A DNA stretch of 63,262 nucleotides, filler included, from Dirinaria sp. TL-2023a (lineage: Eukaryota): the NCBI GenBank assembly GCA_051941275.1. It is 4 parts of 4 records of this genome, joined end to end, with 100 filler letters (N's around TTAATTAATTAA, not from the genome) between each part and the next. Parts side by side here need not be neighbours in the genome. Positions count along the whole stretch, not along the records: positions 1 to 15,770 come from JAVEBF010000528.1; positions 15,871 to 31,612 come from JAVEBF010000529.1; 2 more parts are not named here. One strand, 5' to 3'. Each line of letters opens with the position of its first letter. Position 1 is the first letter of the stretch. Positions 11,641 through 23,212 of the stretch are shown here, piece by piece. The position numbers were made by a program, and so were the translations under genes. A model generated the notes under the pieces. That model had not been told where the DNA came from. It did no database searches and worked only from the letters and a program-made list of their open reading frames with translations.

Positions 11641-13023
11641 TGGTCTTCAAAAGGGAATTACTCATTCATAAACGACTCAACAAATAACGGCAGGAAAGCC
11701 ATCTCAGCCTTGTTACGCCCAAAAGAGGAATCGGCAGCAAAGATGATGGCTGGCTTGGGTGAGTGGAAAGGGGTTTTGTTGGGGAAATGGCTCACAGCAA
11801 CCATGGGAGAAACAAGAGCGTTGAAAAAACCCGGAGCTGTCATGTGTTTATACCACCCACCACTTCAGTCATCTAGGATTATGATCCACGATCGCAACAG
11901 AGCAAGAGCAAAATAAGCATTGGCATACCTTATCCAACTTGCACTTTCAGTTGGTGTCCGTACCGGAACATCTCCCGTCGGTCATGACGCGGTCTTCGGT
12001 TGCCATGCCGGAGGGGAGTTGAACTCTCAAAAGATGAGGACAATTGCTGGCGTCCATAGGTACGCCTTGTTTAATCTATTGCGGCCAAATCACTTAACCG
12101 AATAGCTGCATTTCCAGACCGGGAATCGGCGAGCTCCCAGCCAGCAGCCACACATGGCTCCATCGTGTCCACTTCCAAAGTACTTCTAAAAGAAAGGCAA
12201 TTGCTGCCATTCTGGGACTACATTCCTGCGCCGTTTCACCTGGATCAGATACCTGCGTTTTCTCTCTAGCTGACTGGGCTCGTTGATATATTCTTCAGTT
12301 TGTAGGCGCGGGACAGTGTACGAGCGTACGCATGTCAGATTCCGTTATGGGAGCTCTTCTGGTCGACCTTGATGTCTAGTAATATTTTTCTAGTCAGGGA
12401 GCTCTTTAAGGGAACGGTGAAAAGAAGGTATCATAAGAGCAGCTTGTCGTGAAGTGAACGGTGAAAGAAGTCGAATGTATCCTGGGTACGGTATAAGCTA
12501 GTGGGCAGCATACTGTTCCAGTTCTTACTTCAAGAGAAGATAATCTGCGTAAGGTTATTCCCCGCATCTCTCCCTTTCATGTGCTCGTTGCAGTCGGCAA
12601 TCACGGTCGCTTCCTTTTTGTTTCGTATCTAATTGAGAGTATCACCTCTTAGTTGTGTTAAATAAGCTGTGAGTCTATCGCATCTGTCATCATCTTTCAG
12701 TACTGCTAGATTCAACGATTTTTGTCAAGGTATCGGAAAATAAATATTGCAGCTCGCGGCAGGATTACCTTAGGTACTGTCTAGTGAAACAGTGGTGGCG
12801 TAGTCGCGACGCTGGCTCAAGGGGCTCAAGCTTATGTAAGGTACTTAGATTGCTTGGCTGTACCTTGGCATAGGGCTGCAGCAATGCAGCCGCACGTGCC
12901 CTCTTTCCAATCCTGGCGATCATCCAACGCCCCACGGAATAAATGATGGACTATTGGATGGCTTGCATGACTTGCATCTCCCAGAAAGGGGCAACGTGTA
13001 CACACCCTTCCAGCTACTTTGCC

Positions 13024-13055
<32 letters not shown>
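13024..13055. repeat. (ATA)n microsatellite, ~10 units
   Basis: Direct reading: ataataata... upstream of the GT69 gene. Confidence 0.95.
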
Positions 13056-13056
<1 letters not shown>

Positions 13057-13377
13057 TATAAATTTGATCATGACCCCCTCTTCCTGCAAATTCACTCAAA
13101 TAATGGCTGTGCAAGTGTCACCTTGGCACTGTATCGGAAGTCGGGCTACTGGTCGGTTACAGCATGGCGAGGACGATTTCCGAGCCATAAGCGCCAATTA
13201 TTGTGCCGTGTGCGCTGATCGTCGCATCTGGCCCAAAAAATCCGTGGTTTCACTCGTTCCTTTATATTTACCTGGCCTTTCCCATGACCGTCGCGAAGGG
13301 TAAATAACACCTCCTCAGCTTGCCTGGCCCACGCGCGCTCCTCTCGGCCTGCTCTGCGCTGCGGCCTGGCATCGAAT

Positions 13378-14910
13378 ATGAAGCGTAGGTTGCTGGGCAT
13401 CGGAGGCATCAGATTCACTCGTTTACTATTCATTGCCGTGCTTTTATGGGTGATCTACGCATTCGTCGTCTCGGTCAGTGATGAGCCCGGACTAGCGAAA
13501 TCAAGTGGTAGGACTAGACACAGAAAACCGTACAGAAGCAAGGGTCAACACCGCTTCAACCCGGCAAACATTACCCGGCCCTCGCTCTATGTCGACGCAA
13601 TCTTGGAGCCCGAATTGATCACATTTGACGGCCTTAAATGCTCCAAGCCCCTCAACCAACGATATGGTTCTCTCAAAGGCCCTTCATCTTGGCGGCGTCC
13701 GAAGCCGAAGTATTTCTTCGCGCTTGACCTACATCAAAGTCGTGGAATTATTGCGCGGCTCCTAGGAAGTATTCTGGAAGCTGCCAATTACCTAGGACCT
13801 GAACATTGTGCAATATCTATTGTCGAGGGAAGATCGACAGATGGGACATTCGATATTCTCTTTGACGTCCAGCAAGCGGCCATAGACCGAGGCGTTGACT
13901 TCTATTTGGCCAAGAACGACGATGTGGATCCTAAAGCGCCTGACGTGAATCGATTCGAAACCCTGGCAGAGCTGCGCAATCAAGCACTGAGGCCGCTTTT
14001 AAAGGACCCTTCTCGCTACGACGAAGATACGACGGTCGTCTTCAGCAACGACGTCAGCCTTTGCGTTAATGACATACTGGAGCTCATCTACCAACGCAAA
14101 ATCCAGAAGGCGGACCTAGCGTGCGCAATGGATTATTCCAATGATGGCCTCTTCTACGACGTCTGGATTGCGCGCGGCATGACTGGGGACATCTTCTTCG
14201 AGATCCCTCCATCTGGGTTGTGGAAGTATGCCAAGAACCTGTTCTGGAATGACGATAAGGCCAAAAAAAGACTAATAACGAAGAAACCATTTCAAGTGTA
14301 CGCGTGCTGGAATGGCATCGCGGCTTTTACGGCAAAGCCGTTGACTCAGGAAGGAGTCAAGTTTCAAGCAAGCGGCGCGGACGAATGCCTCATGGGGGAG
14401 CCAACTATCTTCTGCCGAGATTTTTGGACCACAGGATTCGGAAGGATCATGGTTGTTCCGAGCGTCTGGGTGGCTTACGGGAACCGGGCGATCGAAAAAA
14501 TCAAGCGGACTGAGGGTTATGTGGAACAGCACGTCCTCGCTGGCCCGCAGACGGATCAGGAGACCGAATTGATCGAATGGGAGCCGAAGCCGCCTCCGAA
14601 GGTAAAGTGTCTGATACCCAGTATGGCAGACCCAACTTGGGTTAACTCGACAACTTTCGCCATGCCGGCTAGTCGGGGGGAGGAGTTTTCAGAATTCTCA
14701 GACGAGTACTCAGAAGAGTTTTCAGAGTCGTATGACAATGATGGAATGACAAGAGCTTACCCTGCAGCACCCACATCTAGTATGTCTGCAGATGGTGAAA
14801 AAAGAACACCCGTCAAAACAGCATCACGACCTGGAACGACATCGCTCTCAGATGGTAGTACCAGGAAATCCGCCACGCCTAAGGACCTAAGGACCGAGTC
14901 AAAGACATAG
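13378..14910 (+). CDS. Alpha-1,3-mannosyltransferase, CAP59/CMT1 family (GT69)
   Basis: Type II N-terminal TM helix; YFFALDL, SIVEGRSTDGT, LAELRNQALRPL, FSNDV, CAMD, FYDVWIARGMTGD, PFQVYACWNG, GEPTIFCRDFW. Confidence 0.92.
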   Translation: MKRRLLGIGGIRFTRLLFIAVLLWVIYAFVVSVSDEPGLAKSSGRTRHRKPYRSKGQHRFNPANITRPSLYVDAILEPELITFDGLKCSKPLNQRYGSLKGPSSWRRPKPKYFFALDLHQSRGIIARLLGSILEAANYLGPEHCAISIVEGRSTDGTFDILFDVQQAAIDRGVDFYLAKNDDVDPKAPDVNRFETLAELRNQALRPLLKDPSRYDEDTTVVFSNDVSLCVNDILELIYQRKIQKADLACAMDYSNDGLFYDVWIARGMTGDIFFEIPPSGLWKYAKNLFWNDDKAKKRLITKKPFQVYACWNGIAAFTAKPLTQEGVKFQASGADECLMGEPTIFCRDFWTTGFGRIMVVPSVWVAYGNRAIEKIKRTEGYVEQHVLAGPQTDQETELIEWEPKPPPKVKCLIPSMADPTWVNSTTFAMPASRGEEFSEFSDEYSEEFSESYDNDGMTRAYPAAPTSSMSADGEKRTPVKTASRPGTTSLSDGSTRKSATPKDLRTESKT

Positions 14911-15770
14911 TCATAGCATGTTGAGATTTTGTGATCAATGGTTTTCAGCCAGGAAGGACCGCTGTCAGCGAGGTGGCGCAGTATAGCTGAAACAAAGCTC
15001 TAAAGCTGTCACGATACATGGAGTCCACCAGTCTACCGGATATTTACGACATGCGCAATGAGGCATTGATTCAAATGACATGCAAAAGCATACCAGAAAT
15101 AAGGCTTGTAGACGAGCCGAGAGTACATGACCGCTGAAGGGTCCGGCATAAATGCGACAGATGGACGATACTCCTAGATTCTCCGTGGCGAGTAAACAGC
15201 AAAGCATGTATCGAATCAAGACACCAGTCCGCGCTCAGTTTTACGACATGTTGCAGATAGGTAGTTGGGCCATCTTGACGCGACTCCCTTACGCGGATCA
15301 ATTTCTCCCAAGACTGCCACAGAGGGGACATGCGTCATTGGCTGCAAGAGCAGACGAGTACGGCGTGTACGAAGAGTCTACATGCTATTTGGTACTTGCT
15401 AGAGCGCCAGCATGAGTCTCAATGCGTGATTGTCCAATGAATGTGGAGACAGATGTTGCACCAGAAGTGCTGAAACAGAGTGGAGACAGGAGGGGAAGAG
15501 AGAAGTGGAGGAATTCAGTCAGCGAAAAAGCGGAAGTGCGCTGGGAGAAGGGGGAAAAGGGAATCAAAAAGCGGCAAAGATGCTGATTACTTGGGGATGG
15601 AGGGCGTGGTTTGTGTGGGGGTTTCTGGAAAGGGTGGTTAGGTTTTTGGGTGGGGGAAACGGAAATTGAGAGAAGTGGAATGAGAGATTGGGTCATGCGG
15701 ATTACAGATGCGAAAGACTTTCGAAGGTTTACACGTCGTATCTATTTCTTCCTTTTTTTTTTTTTTTTTT

Positions 15771-15870
15771 NNNNNNNNNNNNNNNNNNNNNNNNNNNNNN
15801 NNNNNNNNNNNNNNTTAATTAATTAANNNNNNNNNNNNNNNNNNNNNNNNNNNNNNNNNNNNNNNNNNNN
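15771..15870. other. Artificial contig linker N44-TTAATTAATTAA-N44
   Basis: Exactly 100 bp with a six-frame stop core; identical at three places. Confidence 0.97.
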
Positions 15871-15908
<38 letters not shown>

Positions 15909-15935
15909 AAAAGAAAAAAAAAGAAAATGTATGAA

Positions 15936-17669
15936 TTAGACCCTCAATCCCCCACCTCTCCGCCTGACCCTCACCCTCAAATCCTCATCCGTGCCCATGG
16001 TGCCACCGCCCGAAAACGACTTCCTCACGCGTGGAAACACCCCCGTCTCCCTCCCCCCTTCATCCACGAACCCGAGCGCCTCGAACTCAAACCCCAGCAA
16101 CACGGTCGCCACAGCGGCAAGCACCTCCTGCTTCGCGAATACCCTCCCGGGACAGATCGTTCTGCCGCCGCCGAAGGGGAAGAATTTGCCCGCCGTGCCG
16201 GACGCGGTGAAGATCTGTTTGCCTCCGGCGGCCGGGTCTTGGGTGAGGAATCTTTCGGGGTGGAATTGCGATGTGGGGGGATGGGCCCAGAGGGATTCGT
16301 CGCGGTGGACGGGCCAGGTGGGGGCGATGAGGACGGAGTTTTTGTGTAGGAGGATATTTCGTGTTCTGGATTCGTCGTCGTCGTCGACGAGGGGAAGGGT
16401 GAGATCTTCTTTCAGTTCGCGCGTGACTAGGACGTCTACGTAGAGCCGTAGGGTTTCGTGGAATATACTCTGCAGCAACGGTAAGGTGACGAGAGTCGGG
16501 ATATCGAGCGAGCCGTCGGCGCGCTCGGCGCTCGCTAGCTCGTCCATCACGCGCTTGTACAGCGATGGGTCGTCCTGTGGGTTCAGGATGTGCATCAGCA
16601 TCCAACATGCGGCGGGGATGGAGTTGCTGTTCAGGCCGAGCAGGTACAGCAGATCGATGCGGACGCGCGTGTTCAGGTTCAGGCCTCGAGAGGCGTAGTA
16701 CCGCTGCCGCGCCCTGTTGGCTCGGCTGCCGTACACGGGTTCCCAATCTATGTCGCCGTCCGGATCTACAGGGTTGCCGTCGTCGCACTCCTTCTGCATT
16801 TGCAAGTGCCATTGCGTTAGGTTTTTCAGCATCTTTTCGCGCGCTCTGTAGGCTGCTGGATTGAGGAATTTGGGAATGCGGAAGAACATCGCCAACGCGT
16901 GGCGTTCGAAATCGAGATAATCCGCAAGCAGGTTAGGGCAGAGTTCTAGTATGCGGCTGCCCATGAACATGGTCGTCGAGGCCTGAAGAATTTGTGCTTG
17001 AACCCAGGTATACAGCCGCTCCACTTTGTCCTCCGTTGCATGATCTCCTTCACTTTTATTGTCTAGCTTTTGCGCTGATAGTTGCTCCCGCAGCACCCTG
17101 GTAAATCTAGACGTCAATTCGTCAACGCTTTTCTTCTCCAGTAGATAGTTATGATTTATTCTTTCCTGCTGTTGAACCGGTGTCATACCCGTGTGGTCGG
17201 GTCCCTCTCCAATGCCGAAAAATCGGAGAGCTTCATTGTGTTCTACGCCAAGTACCAATTCGGTAAGCTGCATATTGAAACCATCACGAGCTAGGCCGCG
17301 AGCTTTGAAGAGAGCTTGTACCACACTGGGCGAGAAGAGGATGTGTGTGTGTTTGAAGCCGAGGAGTAGGGTGCAGGCCCCTGTCGCGCGGGGATGGGAG
17401 CGGAAGAGCTGGGCCCAGAATTCTCCGGGGCGGGAAGCGAGGAATGCAATGGTGTGACCGAGGAACGGAATGGTATAGGGAATTGGTGGAGCAGGGCTTG
17501 TCTTCGTGGCGGAGGAAGATGGGATTGAGAGGCTACTGCGGTACCTGTAGGTGGTATAGAGGCGTACGATAGTCAAGACGAAGAGTATGACGAGGATCGG
17601 TATGGCTATGATCGGAAACGAGATTGGCATATGGTATACAGTCTGACTGAGGACAGTATCGATTGCCAT
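15936..17669 (-). CDS. Cytochrome P450 (CYP7/CYP8-like, I-helix Asn type)
   Basis: 577-aa intronless ORF; N-terminal TM anchor, PYTIPFLGH, ETLR (ExxR), HPERF, heme motif FGGGRTICPG. Confidence 0.95.
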   Translation of the reverse strand: MAIDTVLSQTVYHMPISFPIIAIPILVILFVLTIVRLYTTYRYRSSLSIPSSSATKTSPAPPIPYTIPFLGHTIAFLASRPGEFWAQLFRSHPRATGACTLLLGFKHTHILFSPSVVQALFKARGLARDGFNMQLTELVLGVEHNEALRFFGIGEGPDHTGMTPVQQQERINHNYLLEKKSVDELTSRFTRVLREQLSAQKLDNKSEGDHATEDKVERLYTWVQAQILQASTTMFMGSRILELCPNLLADYLDFERHALAMFFRIPKFLNPAAYRAREKMLKNLTQWHLQMQKECDDGNPVDPDGDIDWEPVYGSRANRARQRYYASRGLNLNTRVRIDLLYLLGLNSNSIPAACWMLMHILNPQDDPSLYKRVMDELASAERADGSLDIPTLVTLPLLQSIFHETLRLYVDVLVTRELKEDLTLPLVDDDDESRTRNILLHKNSVLIAPTWPVHRDESLWAHPPTSQFHPERFLTQDPAAGGKQIFTASGTAGKFFPFGGGRTICPGRVFAKQEVLAAVATVLLGFEFEALGFVDEGGRETGVFPRVRKSFSGGGTMGTDEDLRVRVRRRGGGLRV

Positions 17670-19100
17670 GGTGATGATCTAGCTTAGAAGGCCGAAGTGG
17701 GTCTTTGGTATGCCAGGCATACTCTGGGAAGTATAAAAGTACAATCATGGCGCCGAGAGGTGGCATGTCCACTCAATTTTGTAGTCAGGTCAATACTGGG
17801 ACGAATGTGGATTCCATGGCAGGTGAAGCTGACCCGCTCTAGCCACGGAGTGACCGAGGATGACCATGGAGAGAACAGCAGGCGGGTTAGGCGGCCATTG
17901 ACGATGTTTCGGTGCGTCCGGTGGACAACATTGTTCGGAAAGTATGATAAGCGTTCCCGGGAGTGTTGACTGGTTTATCTTTGCACTCCTTCATTACTGT
18001 GAGTAAGGTATCCATTGGAGTTTCGAATCATTTTCGCAATCGACTTGCGACGAAGCCACATAGCAGCACCAGAAAAGAGAAGAGAAGAAAGATAGGTTGA
18101 GTAGAAGAATGGAAAGCAGCTAGAGAGGTTCGCACAGAAACTTACCTGCATGTAGTTAGTTATGTATCTTAGGTAGCGCAAGGCTTTGCGGTTAGGCCCG
18201 AGGGCCCGAATCATTACTGTGTCCACCCGAGCTCCGGAGGGACTGGGGAGCTTTGGCATCCCTACTTCGCCGCGCAAACCATCCATACTCAGGTATGTCT
18301 GAAAATCACCTATCTGTGAGTCTACTTTACCTTCTCTGTCACTAAGGCATCTTACTACCTAACTCCCCTCTGGCGCTCTTAGCCATGACAAAAAAAAAAA
18401 ACAAAACCCCTAACACCAAAGACCCCAATTAAACCCAAACAAGCAGCCATATGCATACATACATTACCTACACCAAAACTCACGCCCTTTCCCTCCCCTC
18501 CTCGACTTACCCGAATCTGCTTTCCAAGCTTCTTGAAGCTAAGCTAATGATTAGCACAGTAGTGGGCAAACCTTACCTACATGCGCGACGATATTTAGGA
18601 AGGGTTTCACTACCTCAATAAGGTTGGTAGAGATAGACCCATTTATGGGGGGTGGAGGAGGGCTCTGATAAAGTCGGGTAAAAGTTAGAAACTTAAGGTA
18701 CCTACCTACCTATCCCAGTTCTTCCTGGAGTTTCTTCAAGATTTACGTACGAGTAAGATACATTAGTTACGTGAGGTAATTCTCACGACCTCTCAAGGGA
18801 AAAGTCCAAGATAGGTACCCACGGATCTGAATCGCCACCTAGGTAGGGGGGTATCTTTTTTTCTTCTTTTCTTTTTTTTTTCTAGTCGTTTGTGTCACTC
18901 TGGTTCTCGATCGCAAGCTGAGAGTTTGTAAAGGCCAAGTACTACTCTACTTCGTAATTCTTGTGAAATATGTATTCCTAATAGTGGTAAGGCTAACCCA
19001 AATTAATGATCTGCGATGGCGTACTATTTGCTATTTGCTTTTATGTACTGTTTCTACTGAACTAGATTCGGAAATATACACAGTTTGCCGTATTCAGTGA

Positions 19101-20806
19101 TTAGGATGGATTTGCTGACGGAGGCACCTTCACCTGGAATACCAGCGCCTGGTTGTCGAGGTTATAGCCGGATTTGTCCTTGTAGGTGAATTTACCGCCG
19201 TTGAGATAGCCTGCAATTCTGCAGTGTTAGCTTTACAAACCACTTATTATCCAGCAAGTTGATCGCTTGAAAGAAGGGGTTGTAGAGCGAGGCCAGACTC
19301 GCAAAGTGTGAAAGCAAACTCACCGTTCTGTGTAATGAAATCGTTGTCACTGAGACTGAACAAAAACCATTCCCCATCCTTGCCGTTTTGCCCATCCACT
19401 GGCGCCATGGCCAAGCTTTCCCACTTCTCATTCAACAACCCAGCGTCTTGCGCCCCGCCGTTGTGGACCCCGAAACGGTTGAGCTGCGAGTTCACGTTGA
19501 AGTCCAGAAAGGGGCAGTATTCCGCTGCTTTGACGTCCGTATTCAGCACGCCGGTGATGGACGCTATGGCGCCAGCTGCGGCATCGTTGGTTGATGATTT
19601 GATGTTGGTCGCGCCGCTCGAGGGAGAGATGTCGAAGATGTCCGCATGGCGATAGACACTGAGCGAGGAAGATGCGCCGTGGCCAGCATTGCTATCGCGG
19701 GAGAGGACAAGGAATTGGTTGTTGCCGAGAGAGTGAATCTCCGATTGCGCCGCCACCTTCAGCGCTTTGCTTTTCTTAGCAGTAGGGTCGGTGTAGAGCG
19801 GCAGCGTAACGACGTACTCGGCCTTGTAGATAGGTACGAAAGGAATTGAAACGTCGTATTCCAAAAATCGTGCTTGTCGACGGTTCGGATTATCCGGCCC
19901 ACCTTCCTGATCTAGAGCGGATTGCATGAGGGCATAGAGAGTTCTCCCATCGGCTGAGAGCGTAAGCCCTTCAAGGCCCTGATTATTGTTCCTCCCTGTT
20001 TGGGTGTTCGCTGGTGTAACATCGTCCGTTTCGTTGGCGTATATAGGTGGAGAATCGGCACTGAATGATATACTGCCGTTACGACGGGGGAGGTATGCCT
20101 GCGGCGGCTGGATGGCGGAAAGCATCCGCCCTATAGACGAGAACTGGTAGATGTAAGGCCCGTACTCGTCACTGACCCAGAATGAGCCGTCGAGTCCGAG
20201 AACCAAGCCCTCACTGTCGATCGCGACCCGTTTGCCACCAGAGCCGGCCTGGCCGAAACCGTTGCCAACGTACGTTGCCGCTGGAAGCGGAGGAAATCCT
20301 GGGTAAGCAATGGAGCCAGTGGCATCGGCGTCAAGGCCTGTGGTGGGGTTCCCGAAGGGATCCGTGAACAGTATCGTATCGAGATATTTCAACTGCAAAT
20401 TCGGAGGCGAAGGATTATCAACCGTGGCATTGGGCTGCGGCGTGAGACTGATTGAGATTTTGTGGACGCGGTTCTGATAATTGACCGTGCCCTGGGTATT
20501 CCAGCCTCTGTCAGGGAGCGCATACAGGATGCCTGTATACGTGCCGGCTTTGGTTTTTGTCCACGATTTAGTATCGAGAGCTGCGGAGCTGCCGATGCCG
20601 CCTATCGTGTCGCCGAACTTGTCACGCGCGTCGGTAGGGATAAACCCGTATCCGGCAAGGGATTGGTAAGTGTATTGAGCACCGTTGCAGGTTGTTTGGT
20701 TTACGACGGGATCCGCTCTTGGGTGCAGATATGCTGAGGAAGGTAATGAAATAACGGTACAGGCAAAGGCCGCAAAAGGCAGCAAGAGTGAACGTAGAAG
20801 AGCCAT
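19101..20806 (-). CDS. Secreted esterase-like/phytase-like domain protein
   Basis: Signal peptide MALLRSLLLPFAAFACTVIS; LPDRGWN, DSEGL, WVSDEYGP, NNQGLEGL, EKWES, SDNDF. Intron 19211-19323; last exon ends DNQALVFQVKVPPSANPS*. Confidence 0.9.
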
Positions 20807-21741
20807 GTTCAAGAGACAAGCCTACCTTTCAATCATAGGCATTTTGGAGCAGGAGGTCTGAGCTTCTTTTATAGCTCCTTGGAGAAAAGAAACCCTTTGC
20901 ACCACGCCATGAGAGTGATGGCTGCCTCCGCGTCATTTCGCGATGTCATTGTCTGAAAAGGGTAACACGATCTTGCAGATCCAGAGTCCGGACCTGCATT
21001 TTTGCCGGTCATTAGCCCGAAAGCCAGGGCAGTTTCCCACCGATTGATAGGGTGTGTATGCGAACGGGCACGGGTTAAAGGTCCTACGTGTGGGGTTGAA
21101 ATTGATCTGGTGGTTGTTCGAAGGCGAAAAGTTCCCTCGTGGTCTGTGTCTCGCACGTGATTGGCCGAAGACTTTGGACTCTGATCCGAGCCCGTGAGAA
21201 AAGAAATACGAATGAGGAAGAAAAAAATGGAACGACTCTCCCAAACATTACGTACCGAGGCAGATAATGTGCCCAAGTGGGGGAAAAGAAAAGGCTGTGG
21301 TGGTGTGTCGGGATTGAAAATTTGTCCAAATACCAACTTTGGCTTCGCACGTGTTTACATACCTTACGCCGGCGAGGCCGGCACCCAAAAGATCGACAGA
21401 GAGCATCTGCTTTCTGCAGGCACAGCGTGTCCTGTACGTATGTGAAGCTTGACTGTTTTGGCTTAAGGTAGGTGGTAGTGGAAATAATGTAAAAGCAAAC
21501 AAAGTCCTCCCATTAAGATTCCCCCATATGTGTTGGTAGGCTGAATCGCCTGTTGCGAATGCTACTATCATACAACCCCTTTTCCTCAAGCGCCTGTACT
21601 GCATCTGTCTCGGTGATGGTCGGAAGGGATTCTTCTTCAAGCGCACACGTATCAGCACAGAGCCTCAGCCCAGCTGGATCCCATTTGCGCGCTGCTCAAG
21701 ATTCCCACTGCTAGTAAATGAACCGCAAATCTTTTGTTTTT

Positions 21742-23212
21742 CTACTCGAAATTGAACCCGCCGAATTTGGTCGAGAACACATTGCTGAGTGCGTCATGCA
21801 CCTCGAACTCCTCTAGTACCGCTCCAAAGCTAGCAACCGTTAGCACCTGGAATGTGTGGATAAGTGCTTGCCACACTACTGACCCATAGCAGCGAGACTT
21901 TTCCCTCAGGTCTTTCTTCAGTACGTCAAAATCAGCAACCGTCAACTCGCCATATCGTTCATGCGCCCGGATTAACTGCAAAGCTTGCACGGGGGTGATT
22001 TCGCCGCCAAGCGGTAGCTTTTGGCTCAAGTCGTACAGCTTCATCAAGTCCGGAGCCGGTAGCTCAGGCGCTTTGTGAGGATAAACCACCTCGGGATGCT
22101 CGTGAACATGATCGGGCGGTGGACATGACATCATCATGGCATGGCCAGATACTTCGGTTTCCGAGTTGTCCGATCGGACACACATCATCATCGCATGGTC
22201 GTGGCATACTTCCTCCAACCTGGCAAGAACGGGGGTCAGCGTGCCGTGAATCCCCACATGACGTCTGATCAATACTGCAGAGATACAATCATCGACGGTG
22301 AGACTTACGAAAGTACAAAATCGACCCCTATCTGGTCATGGTTCATACCGTTCTGATGATGGATTGTGTGCGGACTACGTGATATCTCCGACCTCCTACG
22401 TTGACGCCTGACGTCCGACACGGTAGGGATACTGGTGCTGGTGCTAGAGCTAGGTGTCACTGCCGGGCTGAGTCCTGAGGTATCAACCCGGGTACCGGAA
22501 GCGCTGGCTAACGAACTAGCTGCGTGAGTGCTCCCCGCATAAGTGCTCGTCACGTTCGTCGCGTTGCCGATACCAAAGGAGTTATCTCGAGAATCAGCGT
22601 TCATTACGCTTCGAGGGTTTTCCTGGGAACTTTGGGGTGAGCGGCCGGCGGGCTGATCTCGGATCATCGATGAAAAAGGAATGCCGTGGGATTGAAGGAT
22701 CTCTTTTAGCTCTTTATTCTCGTCCAAAATGGCATTCTTCTCCTGTAAGGTTCTATTGAAAGCGACCTTGGTACGCACAAGCTCCTCTTCAAGGGTACGC
22801 ATGTAGACTTCTTTTCGCTCTCGATGAGTTCTACGCATATTAGTGTTACGTCAAGCTGGGCGCACGATATCAAGGAGACATTTGTCCGTTGCTTGGGCAC
22901 TGCTTACCTCTGAGCTTGCCGATTGAGCTCTTGCCTTCGGGTCAAAGCGGGTTTACTATCAGGCTTCGGCCCGCGTCGTTTTGGTGCTTGACCATCTACC
23001 AAACTCACATAAATCAGTAAGGGCATTGAATGTGATCCCAGTTCAAGATGGTCACCTCTCGTTGTTTTCCGCTCCGTTAGACTCTTTAGAAACCCTAGGT
23101 TAGAGAAGCGAGGGCTTTTCTCGAGGTTGGGTCCCAGCATTCCGTTGACAGTATCGGCCATTTGGGCGTCCATCTGCGCCGAGTTGGAGCGCATCGGCGA
23201 TACGGTCGCCAT
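21742..23212 (-). CDS. flbB: FlbB-like bZIP transcription factor (5 exons)
   Basis: KRRGPKPDSKPALTRRQELNRQAQRTHRERKE basic region and C-terminal GEITPVQAL..RCYGFGAVLEEFEV. Introns 22996-23055, 22831-22907, 22220-22308, 21830-21883. Orthologue versus paralogue not resolved. Confidence 0.82.

Noticed and set aside
12832..13218. ORFs with poly-Tyr, poly-Leu or poly-Ile runs
   Set aside because: They are translations of the (ATA)n microsatellite.
15815..15826. TTAATTAATTAA palindrome as a biological site
   Set aside because: It is embedded in N-runs identically three times; this is a six-frame-stop assembly spacer.
15871..15935. Poly(A) next to the intronless P450 as a retrogene tail
   Set aside because: The P450 is on the minus strand, so the tract is poly(T) in the mRNA sense. 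It is a homopolymer at a contig break.
13378..20806. GT69 + P450 + phytase-like genes as a biosynthetic cluster
   Set aside because: GT69 and the P450 are on different contigs, and no backbone synthase is present.
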